Origin: Cycas panzhihuaensis
Taxonomy: Eukaryota; Plantae; Cycadophyta
Direction of reading: 5' to 3'
NCBI GenBank assembly: GCA_023213395.1
Contig: CM041465.1
Coordinates: 48,739,741 to 48,803,740, forward strand
DNA length: 64,000 nucleotides
Numbering within the stretch: position 1 is the stretch's first letter; each line of letters opens with the position of its first letter. A model generated the notes under the pieces. The model was not told the origin of the DNA and did no database searches. It saw only the letters and a list, made by a program, of their open reading frames with translations. Of this stretch, positions 1 to 14,334 are shown piece after piece. The translations under genes were made by a program, and so were the position numbers.

Positions 1-329
1 AGTATCCAACCGAATCAACATTGGTAAATCCTTTTAGCATAGGAGAATCAACTTATCTATAATCCATCCTATGCTATAAAGTGTTATGTATATATTTGAG
101 AATCCTTGTGGTAGCCTTCTAATGTGACATTTTATGCTGTGATATGAACCTAGAACAAAGTCTAATTGCATATGAAATGTTCACGCGAGTTTGAGTGAGA
201 TAAATCAAACTCCTCACTAGTTGTTTATGAAGTGTAGGATCGACAAGTTTTTCTTGTTCATCCATAATGAGTTTTGTGCCAGTCTCCATGGGGATAGGCA
301 AAGGTTTGCAGTCGCTCATTTTGAATCAT
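1..329 (-). mobile_element. Ty1/Copia RT C-terminus / RNase H start fragment (continues left of window)
   Basis: Minus-strand MSDCKPLPIPMETGTKL...LVRSLIYLTQTRVNISYA, then LKGFTNVDSVG (decayed GFTDADWAG). Cut at ~329 by the gypsy LTR. Confidence 0.85.
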
Positions 330-379
330 TGTATATGGGTGAGATTGCATATATAAATTTTAGATAAAGTTACAATCAA

Positions 380-842
380 ATTATATATAGTTGCAATTAT
401 GATTGATTTATAGTTGAGAAATAGTTGTGACTCGATAGTAGTAGAGTAGCAGTTGTAGCCCAATTATAGTTGAGAAACAATTATGACCTTATTGTAGTTG
501 AGCAGTAGTGGAAACTTGATTATAGTTGAGTAGCAGTTGTGACCAAATCACACTTGTAGCAGTAATTATAATTAGATCACAGTCGAGTCTTAATTACGAT
601 CGAATCACAGTTAGAGTGATAGTTACGACCCGATCATAGTTGAGTCATAGTTGCAATGGATCGTATTTGGAACTACAGTTATGATCAGATTGTAGTAAAT
701 CCATAGTTGTGATCAAATTGCAATTGAAGTCGCAGTCATGACTAGATCACAGTTGAGCCATAGTTATAATTAGATCATAGTTTGAGCTGTGATTGCAATT
801 AGATTACAATTGGAACCACAATTGTTACTAGATTGTACTTGT
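380..842. repeat. Degenerate tandem array, ~28/29-bp unit (consensus ~GATCACAGTTGAGCCATAGTTGTGACCA), ~16 copies, inside putative LTR
   Basis: Successive units visible, e.g. gatcacagtcgagtcttaattacgatcg / aatcacagttagagtgatagttacgaccc / gatcacagttgagccatagttataatta. Confidence 0.8.
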
Positions 843-3800
843 AAAATAAAAGAGAACTGACCATTTTATTATTTGTATTATACCATTTTGTGATATAACC
901 AACAATGATTAAAACTATTGATTTTCAATGTATAAAATAGGAGTCAGTCTAATGATGATAGAACTAGAGATAAGGGAGAGAGATAGAGAAATCAAGAAGT
1001 GTGTGTTAAATTCTTCTTACTGTAGCAGGCTTGGCACTTGCAAATTTAATCCTTATGTACTATTGGGCCTATGTCTAGTTATGAGAGGATTAGACACAAT
1101 TCTTGATTCTAATGACATCATGTTTTGTATCACATCTAGTATTCCTTATGCTTGCTTTATCTAATTATGGGTGAATTTTTTAGATAGATAAGTAAATACA
1201 CACATTGGTTTCGTTTCCTAAATAAATTTGGGAGGAAGGTGAATGAAAATGCCATTATGGGCAAGCCTAAGTAAGTAAATTAGGATCTCTTTAATGCCAC
1301 CTAAGATTGAGGCAGAATCACATTGTGAACATGGAGAGCATTAGGAGAAGGACAAACTTTAGGTGGGAGTAAGGATGTCAGGATTTGTAGTTACACCAAA
1401 AAGACAAATAAAGAGGCAACCACTTGCTAACTTGAAAGGAAAAAGAAAGTCAAGTATAGAAGGAAAAACATAGGAGGAGGCGAACGTTGACGTAACTGGA
1501 TAATTTGTCAAGGAAAAAGTGACACAAACTATAAAAGATCAAGGGTATGCATTGAAAGAGGATCTTGGCGAAGAATGGATACAAAAAGAAATAATTAAGG
1601 AAGCAATGTTGACCAAAGAGGAACCCTGAGAGGGAATAACATTCCAGGAAGATAGAGGCAATTCAATTGAATTAGAACTATACAGTACAATAAATAGAGG
1701 GTGGAATCACCATTAGTTATAAGTAAGAACCCCCTTGAGACATATTTTAAATATTCTCTTTAAGTCAATGATGTCAAGCCCAGAAGGAAGTGTAGGAGGC
1801 AAAAGTTCACCACTAGGAGGGAACCTAGGTGGTGGAGGTCCATCATCAAGCCAGCCAACCTTTACTAATACTAGTGGAGGTGGTAATCAACCACCAAGTA
1901 GAATGAGTCAAGGAAGCAGAGCATGTGTTGTTGGACCTTACATTATTATGCAGAATGTCTTTGCTTTCTTAAATCTACAATTTGATGGATCTACATATCT
2001 AGGAGATCACTTAACATTATTTAAAAATATGATGAAAATTAAAAGAATTGTAGATCTAATGATATAAAGGCTTAATTTTTTTCCACATTGTGAGGAGCAA
2101 TGATTGCTTAGTTCTAGTATGTAGCGGTGTGAAATCTATCATGGGATAGATTGAAAGATTAGTTTTTGGGTTGCTTCCAAAAGTTAAGAGATCTAATGGC
2201 ATTAGTAGAAATAAAATAAGATCTTGGTGAATCGATCAATGATTTTGATGGTTAAATATGGGTTATAATGAATAAGATGCAACCAACAATGGCAATTAAT
2301 CTAATGCTCATAATGAAATATTTTGTGTAAGGATTAATCCTGCAAGTAAGAGACAAAGTCATGTTGCATTCGATGAATAATTATGAATAAGTGTAGAAGT
2401 TAACTTTGAAATTTAAAAATCAAATGAAGATAACATATTCTCAATTAACAGTGCAACAAGCTTCACAGATGGGACTAATTCTTTTTCAAATGTTGTAGAT
2501 GAGAATACAATTGTGAGAGACGTACAATTAAAATAATGTGCTAGCACCACAAATGGGAATGAATTCATAGATTGAAGAATTGAAAAAAGAGGTAGAGGCA
2601 TTAAAGAAACAACCATCAATATTAATTCTTGCAAGCATGCTATAGAATTAAGAAATGGAGAAATTGTATGCAGAATTGGCCAGGTTGCTCTTGGAGAAGT
2701 CTTGAGACAATATTTGGTTCTCTCCATCTTGCAACTAGCAAGTTCATTTGAAAAACAAACACAATGGATTGATTAAATAGTGCAAGTATTATAGGAAAGC
2801 TAACCATAATATGTGGGAATGCTTCTTCCGACCAAATAATGAGATTCATAATACATTTCTCAAAAGGTAGAAAGATCAGAAAAATAATATAAGTGGAAGA
2901 CAAATCTGGTTCATTATTTCTTGTGCCAAAGATAGGTCTACTTCAGATCAGACTATCTATTAGAGAAAAAAGGAGGTAATTTTATCTACAAAGAATATAA
3001 GTCAATAGATCATGAATAGAAAATTTATCCAAAAACTAAATCATAAAATACTAATTTGGTCACGGTCATTCTAGATAAAGAGATGCCTATCCAATTATAA
3101 ACACGGAGTGGAAAAGTAACTGCAATGCTAGTACAAGATACCTTTTCAGACCCAATAATAGAAAAGAAAAGACTCCAAGAAGTTGTGAAAATTCTCCAAG
3201 ATGCAGTAGGTGAGGCTCAACAAGAAGAACTTCAATAAGAACAACAATTCAAGGTCCAAGAATATAAAAGAAGGACAATTCCTGAAAAACATTCTTCAGG
3301 TAAGGAAGGTATAAATCCATGGCAAAGGCTTCAAACTATTAAAGATTTATTAATAGAGTTAGGAGTCTCAATTCTTATTTCTACCATATTTTAATGGTGG
3401 GAAGCTGGTGATTTTCAACAACTAATTCTGGACCAAATTAAAAAGCTTGTGATGAGAGCAATTAAGGATAAAGGAATAAATCTTAGAGTTCTAATATTTA
3501 TCTCTAAAACAACATTATGCAAAACAATTATTGAGGGTACAAAGACTATTCAACAATGCCCCTATAGTATGAATCCTAAGCACAAAGAAAAAGTGAAAGC
3601 AAAATTAGATAAACTGTTAGAAGTTGGCTATATATTTGAAGTAAAAAATAGTGAATGGGTAAGTCTAGTCATAGTGGTTCCAAAAAAGAATAGAAAGCTT
3701 CGAGTCTATGTGGACTATAGAGATTTGAATAAAGCAACAAAGAAAGATCTATTTCCAATTTCATTCATTGAAGACATCCTTACAAATGTGGTAAGACATG

Positions 3801-4554
3801 AGGCATATTTCTTTATATATGGCTTTAACAAGTATAATCAAGTTAGAATTGCTCCATAGGACCAACTGAAGATGGCTTTTGTCACCAAGTGGGGAACATA
3901 TGCATACAGAGTTATGCCTTTTGGGCTTACGAATGCACTGGCCACTTTTTAGAGGATAATTCTAAATATCTTTCAGTAGGTAATTGGTAAATCAATTAAA
4001 GTGTTCTTGAATGATTGGACAATCTACATGCTACTGAAAGACCATATTAGAAATTTACAATTAATGCTTGAAACATGTAGAAAGACCAAGTTATGTCTGA
4101 ACTCAACTAAATGTACATTCTTGGTACCATTTAGATCTTTATTGGGACATGGTAACAAAAGAAGTGTTGCAAATAGTCCTAATAAAATGGTAATAATCTT
4201 GAATTTTTCTATAGATGGCAAAATAAGTAAAAGGCTTTCTAGGCATGACTAGATATTACAAAAAGTTTATCAAAGAGTATGCTTAGATAGCTAATCTCCT
4301 AAAAACCTTATTAAAGAAAAAAAATAATATGGTGATGGTAATTACGACAATAATTGGCATTCGATCTATTGAAAAAGAAGATTACAGAAGCACCTATTCT
4401 AACATGTATGTGGATGCTTTATTAATGGTTATCAGATGTGTATTAGCTCAAATAAATGATGAAAATATAAATAGATTTTCCTATTTACTTTGCCAATCAC
4501 AAGTTAACACAAGAAGAGTAGAACTTTTAAGTGATTATATGTGAAGGCTTAGGC

Positions 4555-7500
4555 TGTCAAAGGTTCAATATGATAATTGATGAATGCTCTTCACTTTATT
4601 GATCAATCATTTAATTGTATATATACAATTGTGGAGAAGGTATAAATGACAACTGCTCAATAGGATTATGCCACTTGTCACCTTGAGAGAGGAGAGGAGA
4701 AGGGTTTAGGATCCTCAATTAAATACTTTAGGAACACATCATAACCCTAGATAAAACATTAGCTTCTACACCCCCTCTTAATGTTTTATCTATCTTAATC
4801 CTAATTGATTTCCAAAGAAAATAAATTTTTTCTTGCCAAGAGATTTGGCAAGAATGCAAGTCGTTTGTTCTCCTGAAATGTAATGCTAAAGCTTAATTTC
4901 TCTATTATACACTTTTTCTCTAATTAAGTGATGGTGCACTTCTATGTGCTTTGTTCTTACATGCAACACTAGGTTCTTTGTCATTTTGAATGTGCTTTGA
5001 TTATCACAAAATATCTGAGTAGGCACCACTTACTTCTGTTCTAGATCATTTAGGAGTTATCTGATCCATACTCCTTCACATGCTGCATTAATTGCTACCT
5101 TGTATTTAACTTCTATTAAAGACAATGCAAATGTATGTTACTTTTTGCTACTCTAAGAGATCAATGATTCCCCTAGGAAGAAACAATACCCTGATGTAGA
5201 TTTTCTATATATTTTATCTCCAGCCTAGTTTGAGTCACAAAACCCAGTGAGATGCATATTGTTTTCTCTTTTATATTCCAGTCTAAGACTTGTTGTTCCC
5301 TTTAGGTATGCATCATTCTAATGAGGGACTTTGGGATTTTCCATAATCCTAGAGACTATACCAACTACATACAAAATGTCAGGTCACGTGGCTGTGAGAT
5401 AAATTAGGATTCCAATCAATTATTTATATATGGTTGCATCAACATGGTGTGCTCCTTGTTCTGTGCTTAGTATAATTTTAGTTTCCATTCGTGTGGAGGT
5501 GCTATTACAACTATCCATTTTGAATTTACTTAGTAAAATTTTGATATATCTAGAATATGAAAGAATAATGGAGTTATTGTTTTGTTCTATTTCTATACCG
5601 AAGTAGTAATGCAATATTCCTAGATCTATCATTTTAAAAACCTTCTCGAATCACTTTTTGATAAATGTTATTGAATTCTCGTCATCTTCAGTAATCAACA
5701 TGTCATCTACATATACCACTATGATAGATGTTAAGCCTTGATTGGATTTCATATATAGACTATGATTTGATTCACATTGGTGGAAGCCATTTTGAATGAG
5801 ATATGAATCTAGCATGGCATACCGGGCTCTTGGCACTTGTTTGAGATCATACAATGCTTTTCTTAATTTGTAGACCATATTTTCTTGTCATGATTTTATT
5901 TATCCTTAAGGTTGATATATATACACTTCTTCTTATAGATCCTCATTCAGGAACACACTTTTAACATCTATTTGATAGATCTTTCATCCTTTCTGAGCTG
6001 TAATTGTGATCACAGTTCTTACTATATTTAGTTTTGCTACTGGAGAGAATGTTTCTTCATAATTAATTCTAGTTGTCTATGTGTAGCCTTTTGTGACCAT
6101 TCTTGCCTTGTATTTCTCAACTTCCCTATTCAAATTTTTCTTTATTTTGTATGCCCATTTACAATATATAATAGGTTTATCTTTAGGAGTTGGTACCAAG
6201 TCCCATGTTTTATTTTTATGTGTGGCTTCAATTTCTATGTCCATTGGTGCTTTCTAGTCTTAAGAGTTACTTGCTCCTTCATAAGCACTTAGTTTAATGG
6301 AGCACACTAAGGCTTGTGGTTTCTGAGATCTAGTTTAATGTTCAAATATTTTTCCTTTTGTTTCCTAAAGCATCTTGAGATACCATTTTGGTACTCGTTT
6401 TGAGCAATGTCCTTGTGGTGACTTGATTTTTTCATCTTTTGTGTGAGTATCTGAACCACTGCCTTGTTGCATATCAGATAGATGAGTGCTGGAATCATAT
6501 GCTTATTGGTTATTTGATGTTATTTCCTTTGAAGTGGTATTTTATATTCTAATGCCGTTAGAGGTAATGTTCGATTTATCTTCTAACTAAATAGTTTATG
6601 GGTTTTGATCGTCAATATTTATTTCTTGAGGAACTATTTTATCAAGTTCTTTTTTCTCATGAAAGATTACATCCCTACTTACATATAGTTTATCTGTCTT
6701 TGGATCAAGACATCTCTATGTTTTTGAATGACTACTATACCCAACCATTATGTATTTTATACTTTTATTATCCAACTTAGTCCTTTTCTTATCAGGAATG
6801 TGAACATACACTTTGCAACCAAAAATCTTTACATGACTTATATTAGGCTTATGTCCCATCCATGCTTCTTTAAGTGTTACATTATCTAGTGACTGAGTAG
6901 GATTTCTGTTGATTAAGTATACAACTATATGTATAGCTTCTGCCCAGTATTTCTTAGCTATCTCACTATTGTTTAGCATGCATCAAGCTATTTCTACAGT
7001 ATTTCTGTTCATTCTTTCTGCAACCCTTTTTGATTGAGGTGTATAGGGAGTTGTAAACTGCTTACAAATTCCATGGGTTTTGCAAAAATGGAGGAATTCA
7101 TTAGATGTAAATTCCCCCCTTCCATCTGAATGGATACATTTAATTTTCTTACTACTTTCCAATTCAAGTTCTGCCTTGAATTTCTTGAAATAACTAAATG
7201 ATTTTGATTTGTTGGAAATAAAGTATGCCCATGTTTTCCTTGAAAAATCATCAATCAAAGTCATGAAATACCTTGCCTTAGTTGTTGAAACTAATATAAA
7301 CGATCCACACAGATTATTGTGTATTAGGTCCAACTTATTTTGTGCATGCCACATGTTTTTTTAGAATGAAATCCTATGTTGTTTTCCCATCATACAGCCG
7401 TTGCATATAAAATAATTGAAAGAAATATCTGGTAAGCCATTCACCATCTTGAATTTCTTTAATTTTTCTAACCTACCATGAGATACATGACTATAATTCA

Positions 7501-9980
7501 AATGCCATATTTCATTAGTATTAGTACTAGTACTAGTTATAGCAAGAGACTTTACATTAGAAGGTATTTTAGTGGGGCCTTTATCAGGCAGTACAATAAT
7601 GGAGAGAAGTTTATACAACCTATTACACTTTTCTCTTTTGGCTATTACAGTTCCATTGTTTTTCATATCAAGGATGTAACAAAAACCAAATTCATCAAAT
7701 ACTATTCTTAGTTTTTTGTCACTTAACTGAGACACTAACAAAAGATTCTTCTTCATTCTTGGTACAAAGAAGACATTACCTATGCGTTAGACTTTTCTAT
7801 CATTTCATATAGTAATTTATCCTATTCCTTTTATATGCAAAGAAACATTGTCTCCTAACTCAAAAGATTTGTTAAGGTCATAAGGTTTGATGACTTCAAC
7901 CATTCTTCAATGCCTACTATATGATGTGAAGCTCCTGAATCAATGTATCAATTTTTTACTGCTCTAGCATTTGTGGTTAACGTCGTGATGAAGGCTATTT
8001 TAACTTCTTCTTATACTATGTCTTTTTCTCTGTTGTAATTTCTAGTTACTTATTGTTTTCCTTTTTGAATTTTGACTCGTCTCTAGTAGCACTAGTATGG
8101 AAAATGACCTATTTATCTACAATGATAACAGACTTCAAAGGCTCTATAGTTACCTTAAAAATGGCATGGTTTGTCGTAGTTGAAGTAAACTCTAACATCT
8201 CGTGGTGGACTTCTTCCTCATCCTCTTCCTTCAGTCCAATGTCCCCTGTAAGTAGTTAGTGCTCTTCCTTGTAACTTTGGATTAGGTTGTCTTCGTCGTT
8301 TACCTCCTAAGTAGAGTTTGGTGACAAACACTTCTCCACCTCATGAGTCTTCTTCATATCTTTGGTTTCTCTGTTCTTGAATTAACATATGACCTGTAAG
8401 GACATCAAAAGTCATTATGGTAGTTTGCCTTCCTCCTGCCAAGATGTTTACCATATTATTAAAGGATTTAGGAAGTTTTTTTAGTACAAGATATATCAAC
8501 TCAGTGTCAGTCAACTTGTCTCCAATAGTAAGAAGAGCAATTTTAATATTGGTTAGCCTTATTATTAATTTTGACATAGTTTGACTTTCCCTCATTTTTA
8601 GTTTGTAAAGTTCTTCTCTTAGAGCCACAATTCTTGCTTCATTTTTTCTACTAAATATGGAGGATATTATTTTCCATATTTCACTAGCATGTTCTAATCC
8701 ATCCACATATACCAACAAGGAATCAGAAATTAAGAGCTTGAGTATAGAGATTGTTATATTATTCCTTTCTTCTTAGTTTATAAAATTTATTATGTTAGAT
8801 GGCTATTTTTATTCCCAAGTGGTAATCTTCCAGGCATGTTTTGCCCTTAATAGACCCTCTATTGTTATCTTCCAAATACCGAAATTCATTTTAGTCAATT
8901 TATCATTTTTAGGTAGTGATCTAGCAGGGGCGACCATAATTATTTAAGAATTGACTGTTGACAAGGTTAGATTTAATGATAAGAGGCTGCAAGGACATAT
9001 GTACAAACAACTGTATGAAATTTTGTACGAAACCCAAAGTGTATGAACAAGAAAAATGACAGCCCTAAATTGAAGTACTCACATCTTAAAATTCTCTTAG
9101 GTCTGAGAGATACGACAACAAGAAGGTGAAAATCCACACGATACCCAAAGTGTACTGATAAGAAAAATGATGGTCCCAAACTGAAGTACTCACAAATAAG
9201 TATCCAAAAATGTATTTATTATCTTAAAACTATCTCAGGTCTGATAGATACAACAATGAGAAGATGAAAACCCATGCCCAAGGTATTTGGAGAAAATACA
9301 GAAAAATCTTTAAAAAATTAGATCAAATCTCTTGAAAGATGGACTTAACACTAACAATCAAGGATGAGAGGAGTTTTTAGCACCTTGAATTAGTGATTTT
9401 TGAGAGAATTTTGAAGAGGAGAAGCCTTAAACTTGTGCGCCCTTATGATTGGTCAAAACTGCACCAAAAGGGCTTTAAATGATGTTGCTCTAGAAGAGAA
9501 ATATGTCAAGGAGGGCCTGATCTACAATCTGGGTAAATTTCATTAAATTCTAAGGACTTTGAATTTTGGCATCCGTACAAAGCTGTATACTTATGTATTA
9601 TCGTATGATCTCCTTTAAAACTAGCTTGGCATTTACTTTGAATGAATTTGACCTTCATAAGAGAATGTTCTTTGACAATGACTTGATTTAATCTTTCTTC
9701 TTTAGAGAAACCCTAGCTTAATTGTCTCACAGATAGGAGGACCGAATGACCTACTCTAATACCATGTCAATGGTTCAATATGACAATTGATGAATGCTCT
9801 TTACTTTATTGATCAATCATTTGATTGTATATATAAAATTATGGAGAAGGTATAAATGACAATTGCTTAACGGGATTGTACCACTTGTTACCTTGAGAGA
9901 GGAAAGGAGAAGGGTTAAGGACCCTTAATTAAATACTTTAGGAATATATCATAACCATAGATAAAATATTAGTGTCTACA
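4555..9980 (-). mobile_element. Full-length degenerate Ty1/Copia element J
   Basis: 216-bp LTRs at 4555-4770 and 9765-9980 (TG..CA, ~23 mismatches). TSD TAGGC at 4550-4554 and 9981-9985. PBS-Met rc ctctaatacca before 9765; PPT rc ccccctctt after 4770. Minus-strand gag (8341-8718), GAG-pre-INT (7361-7756), integrase (6716-7354), RT IIVVYVDDMLI (5651-5878) and RNase H. Confidence 0.95.
9027..9280. repeat. Two diverged direct copies (~110-140 bp) in the 5' leader of Copia J
   Basis: acccaaagtgta...gaaaaatga...tgaagtactcaca...atcttaaaa...aggtctga.agatac.acaa occurs twice. Confidence 0.7.
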
Positions 9981-10704
9981 TAGGCATTGGTCTATGTCTT
10001 GCAGAAGTTCAGATATTATTTGTTAGCTAATCATTTCATTTTCTTTTTTTATAGATCATCAAGCCTTACGATACTTAATAAACAAACCAATCTTGTAGGG
10101 TAGGACCAGCAGATGGTTAGTGCTATTATAAGGATTCAATTTTAGCATCATCGTAAAAAAAAGAGATAAACATATAGTGCTTGATGTGTTATCATAAGAA
10201 GTAGATAGAGAACCTACCATTGGAGTATACAATAATTCTCCTAATAATGAACTATTTTCTATAGAAGTAGTGCCAAAATGGTATGAAGGTATTGCAAAAT
10301 ATTTGGCCAAATAACTGGTACAGGTGGAAAGGCAAAGTTTTATTTGAAAAAAAAAAACTATTTTAATTGATACAAGGAATTATATACAAATTAGGTCTGG
10401 ATGGCATATTAAGAGGATGCATATTAAAACAGGAAGTATAAGCAATATTATGAGAAGCTTATAAGAGAGTGGTAGTAAATCATCAAGGTGTGGAACCCAT
10501 AGTATAGAAGATTTTGTTGGCAGGCCTTTAGTAGCCAACATTGTTCAAAGATACTGACAAGTGGATTCACAACTGTAATGTTTGCCAGCATGTGGGCAAA
10601 CTCATTAAGCATCACTTCGTGCCTCTTCACTCGATCTTAGCACATGTGCCATTCAAAAAGTGGGGTTTGAATTTCATTGGACCAATCAACCCCTTGACTA
10701 AATG

Positions 10705-10782
10705 AACTAATGTAAGATATATATTGGTGGAACTAATGCAAGATATATATTAGTGGAACCAATGCAAGATATATATTGGTGG
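10705..10782. repeat. 26-bp tandem triplication within the integrase remnant of H
   Basis: aactaatgtaagatatatattggtgg x3 with 1-2 substitutions per copy. Confidence 0.9.
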
Positions 10783-11131
10783 CCATGATTTTTTTAACAA
10801 AATGGATAGAAGCTTAACCTCTTAAGAATTATGATGCTACGAGTATGGTAAGATTTCTGTATAAAAATGTTATTGTTCATTTTGATTGCCCTTTAGAGTT
10901 AGTATTAGATCAATGTAGCAGTTTTTTGAATAGCACTATAAAACATCTTACTAATGAGTTTATGATCCAATACTGCTAATATTCCTTTTATTATCTTAGA
11001 GCTAATGGTTAGGTTAAGAGTACTATTAACAAAATTTTGAAATTAGATTTATTAATAAGATCTGCAATGAGGGAAGGACTGATTAGGTAGAATGTTTACA
11101 TTATATTCTTTAGGTAGACAAAACAACAATC

Positions 11132-11665
11132 TATAGAAATGGCCAAAAGGCCTTAGAAACCCAACATTTAGAAGTTATATTCACTCTAATTCTAGAAAGT
11201 AAATAATCTAGACTAATAATGAAAGTATGTGATCAAACATGAGTAAGATTAAATAAGAAAGAGTAAAATGATACCAAATATGAGGAGTTAGAATTGGTCC
11301 AACCTCCAAATTAATAGTAGTTTGATTAGAAAACTAGTAACATAACATTACAGCTCTAACTCTATATAAGAACAATGAGAAGAGGTCTTAATATATAGAG
11401 TGAAAAGAGAGACCTAAGGTATTGGATGTTTGATAAGTGTCAAACATCTAAGGTACATATATCATTTTGGTCTCTTAAGTGAGCAAAAGTGCATGGGGGT
11501 CCATTTGACCCTCAAGTGACAATATTGTATCACTAGGAAAGAATGTTGGTGTCCACTTTATTACTTAAGTGATAAGTTGCCCCTAAAGTATAAAATTATA
11601 AATAATACATGAAAAATAAAGTACATAGTCTTAACATGTAAACATAAGGTTTAACACCCTGCCCC
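11132..11665 (-). mobile_element. Probable orphan 3' LTR plus PPT of another LTR element (I)
   Basis: H integrase frame stops at ~11131. The segment ends ...ttaaca(11656) followed by ccctgcccc (PPT reverse complement). No partner LTR in the window. Confidence 0.45.
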
Positions 11666-12880
11666 TTGTTGGGGTTAATGTTCATCACCCCACTCCTACC
11701 TTTTACACATGTGAGTGCACACATGTTAAGGTAAGTCAGGTAAGGTTAAGTTGATTTGAGTTAAGTTATTGAGTTATGTTATTGAGTTATGTTATTGAGT
11801 TATGTAATATTTTATTGTTATTTGAATTTTAGGGGTTGAGGAGTTTCCCTCCTCCCCCAAACTATATATTTGGAGGGGTGTCCAACCCTGGTGTCTCTAG
11901 ACACTGTCTATATTGAAAATTTATTATGTACTCACTCAAAGATGGATTGAATATAAAGGATTATGTGTACATGCAATAATGTTTTAACCATTTGATTATG
12001 CTCTGCTCTGTTTCCATCATTTTACAATCCTTCATTTGACATTAGAGCTTAGATTGCTGGCCTATTGCTTAATTTTTGGCCTGTTGAAGTCATTTTTGAG
12101 AAGAAAGAAGATCCATTAGTATTTGAAGTAGATCTACTCATGGCAAGCCAAACATTGGTTATATTCATTTTCTGTAAATCTTATTAGTAGTTTCTTGTAT
12201 TATTTTTTATTAAAGATCTGATTATTTCTGATTTATATTTGTAAAATAACCTATATTTTCATAGATCTGTGCAGAATCATAGCTACAATCAGTAAATATT
12301 CAAGATTTTATCACTCTACGAAGTTTTTATTAACAAGTTTTATATATTTTGTCAAATACTTGGCTATTTTTGGTGTATTTTATCTATTTATTCAATATAT
12401 TTTCTAGATCTATGCAATAGTTGTTGCATATTCAGCGTAACAAGTTTCTTAGAGAAGTTATACTACAAGTTTATTGTTTATTCACAATTTTTTTCAGGTT
12501 TTGGCAAGCATAGGTTAATATTCATTTTACTAATCTATCTCTTCATCCGCTTGACGAAAGTGCAGTATATGACTACTTGTTGGATTTCTGGCAAGTTCAT
12601 CTATCTACTGGAGAAATCGGTTTGAAATTTTACCTTGTGTGGAAGAATATCTCATCCTCGGAAGGCAACTCTCTACAAACTGGTCACTGTCACTTTACTA
12701 GTTTTTTTTTTTTAATTTACATGTAAATATTTTTTGCTTAAATATTCTTCCATTAATATTACGAGTGAGAAGATTGTATTACATTGTATTGGCCTTCTAT
12801 ATTTTGGCCCTCACCCTCTGATCTGAGTATTACAACTTGAAATTTCATCTTTTCTAGAAGGAGATCTAGGTCTTTTATGT

Positions 12881-12913
<33 letters not shown>

Positions 12914-13718
12914 TTCTTTATATTTTACATTTTCTCCATTTGAATATAAGCCCTGAGAGCCTATGTGGTGGTGAGATCTGATGAGCCAGATCTCTCTTTT
13001 ATAACATGTTGCTCTATGTGGCAGTCAAAGTTTTTTTTACATTATTTATATATATAAATATTTTGGTCCAAACGTATTTGTGGAAGAAAGAATATTAGGC
13101 GCTTCATAGATCTCTTACATCTGGTTATCAAGCCATGCAAGATAGCTAATAACAACTGCACCATCACGTATATGTACCTCTCTTAATCCATCAAGCTTTG
13201 CAGGATTCTTCATAAGCCTTTAAAAGGGGCTAAAAATAATTATTATTACAAAACCCTGTTAGGTTGCTCGACATTAATGGCCATTTCTGAATCTATTGGG
13301 TCTCTACAGGCACTTAGTATATGCTACCACCATTGTTGCAACTTTTGATTTAGCTGTTGAGGAATAATTCTCTAGAGCAATGTGATCAACCCTATTAATG
13401 CCCAAATTACACTCATTACTCTGATGACACCTTAATCCATCGACACTCTTCTTGGTTAGTTTCACTTGCATTTCTGCCATCACCTGTGGGCATCTCTTTC
13501 TCACCCAAGAGAGTTAAATCTGAATCCTATGTGATCTCCACGTTTTTGGGTAATGTTGCTAGCACCTAAATGGAAAAAAAATGACCTACCCATGGCATTA
13601 TAAGTCAACCTGTATGCCTTGCTGCTGATGCCAAATATGGTAAATTTATAGCTTGAAAGGAGGCCCGATCCACTCTAAAATTCTGGAACGTTCTCTTTGA
13701 CTTCCTCTAAATCTTCAT

Positions 13719-13903
13719 CGCAATTATAGGGTTTGAGTGTACAGGCAAAACCTTCATGCATTTCCCCGTTTTTGCATCCTAAATTCTCACAGTTTCATCA
13801 AGCACTCCCAAAACAATTAAATTAGACTGTGAATTAAAATTAATGCATAATTAGTGTGGCCCTTCAATGTTTTGACATAGCTACCTATCTGAGCATCCCA
13901 TAA
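13719..13903 (-). pseudogene. WDR5: Captured fragment of WD40 protein WDR5 (COMPASS component)
   Basis: LWDAQIGSYVKTLKGHTNYA-(frameshift)[40 protein letters not shown], compared with WDR5 KTLxGHTNYxFCVNFNPQSNxIVSGSFDETVRIWDxxTGKCLKVLPAHSDPVTA. Confidence 0.85.
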
Positions 13904-14334
13904 ATTTCTGAGATCTGCTAAGGACTTGTGATCGCTTAAATTTTTGACCCCAAATTTGTTCAACTTTGAGAGATGATAGTATTGTAATTTCTGGTAATAC
14001 TGCTGAAGAATCCAGAATAGTGTAAGACAAGTCAAAATCTAAAACAATAACATATCAACAGTTGGAAGAGTTGCACAGCTTCAGTAGAGGAACCTGCGTC
14101 CTCTGAGAGTAAGGTTGACCCGAAAAATTCAAGTTCTAGTTTTAAGGCATGATAATACAACCTCCCTAGAACTTCAAGTTCCTCTCTAGTCAATGAAATA
14201 GTTAGTTTGTCAAGCAACTCCTCTATCTGCAATGCTGATGCCTCATAGTTTGTAGAAGAGTAGGTTTCGATCCACTATTTATACAGATGATCACTACACT
14301 CAGTCCCCATAACTTTGGAGATTTCTTGCCCTAG
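13892..14334 (-). pseudogene. TH2: Captured fragment of bifunctional TenA-HAD protein TH2 (thiamin monophosphate phosphatase)
   Basis: LGQEISKVMGTECSDHLYK*WIETYSSTNYEASALQIEELLDKLTISLTREELEVLGRLYYHALKLELEFF, then after frameshifts VIVLDFDLTC..TILDSSAVLPEI..ADLRNLW. This covers the TenA end and HAD motif I (DFDLTC). Confidence 0.85.

Larger units (their letters stand above)
330..11131 (+). mobile_element. Degenerate Ty3/Gypsy element H (non-chromovirus, Athila/Tat-like), interrupted by Copia J, 3' end missing
   Basis: Putative 5' LTR TG(330)...CA(1204), then TTGGTTTCGTTTCC (PBS-like, as in element A). Gag starts MPPK (~1293). RT motifs [35 protein letters not shown]. RNase H EGLG|xVYVLQKFRYYLL is split by J. 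Integrase remnants at 10300-11130. Many stops and frameshifts. Confidence 0.8.

Noticed and set aside
380-842. CRISPR-like array
   Set aside because: Units are contiguous degenerate repeats without unique spacers. The context is eukaryotic and there are no cas genes.
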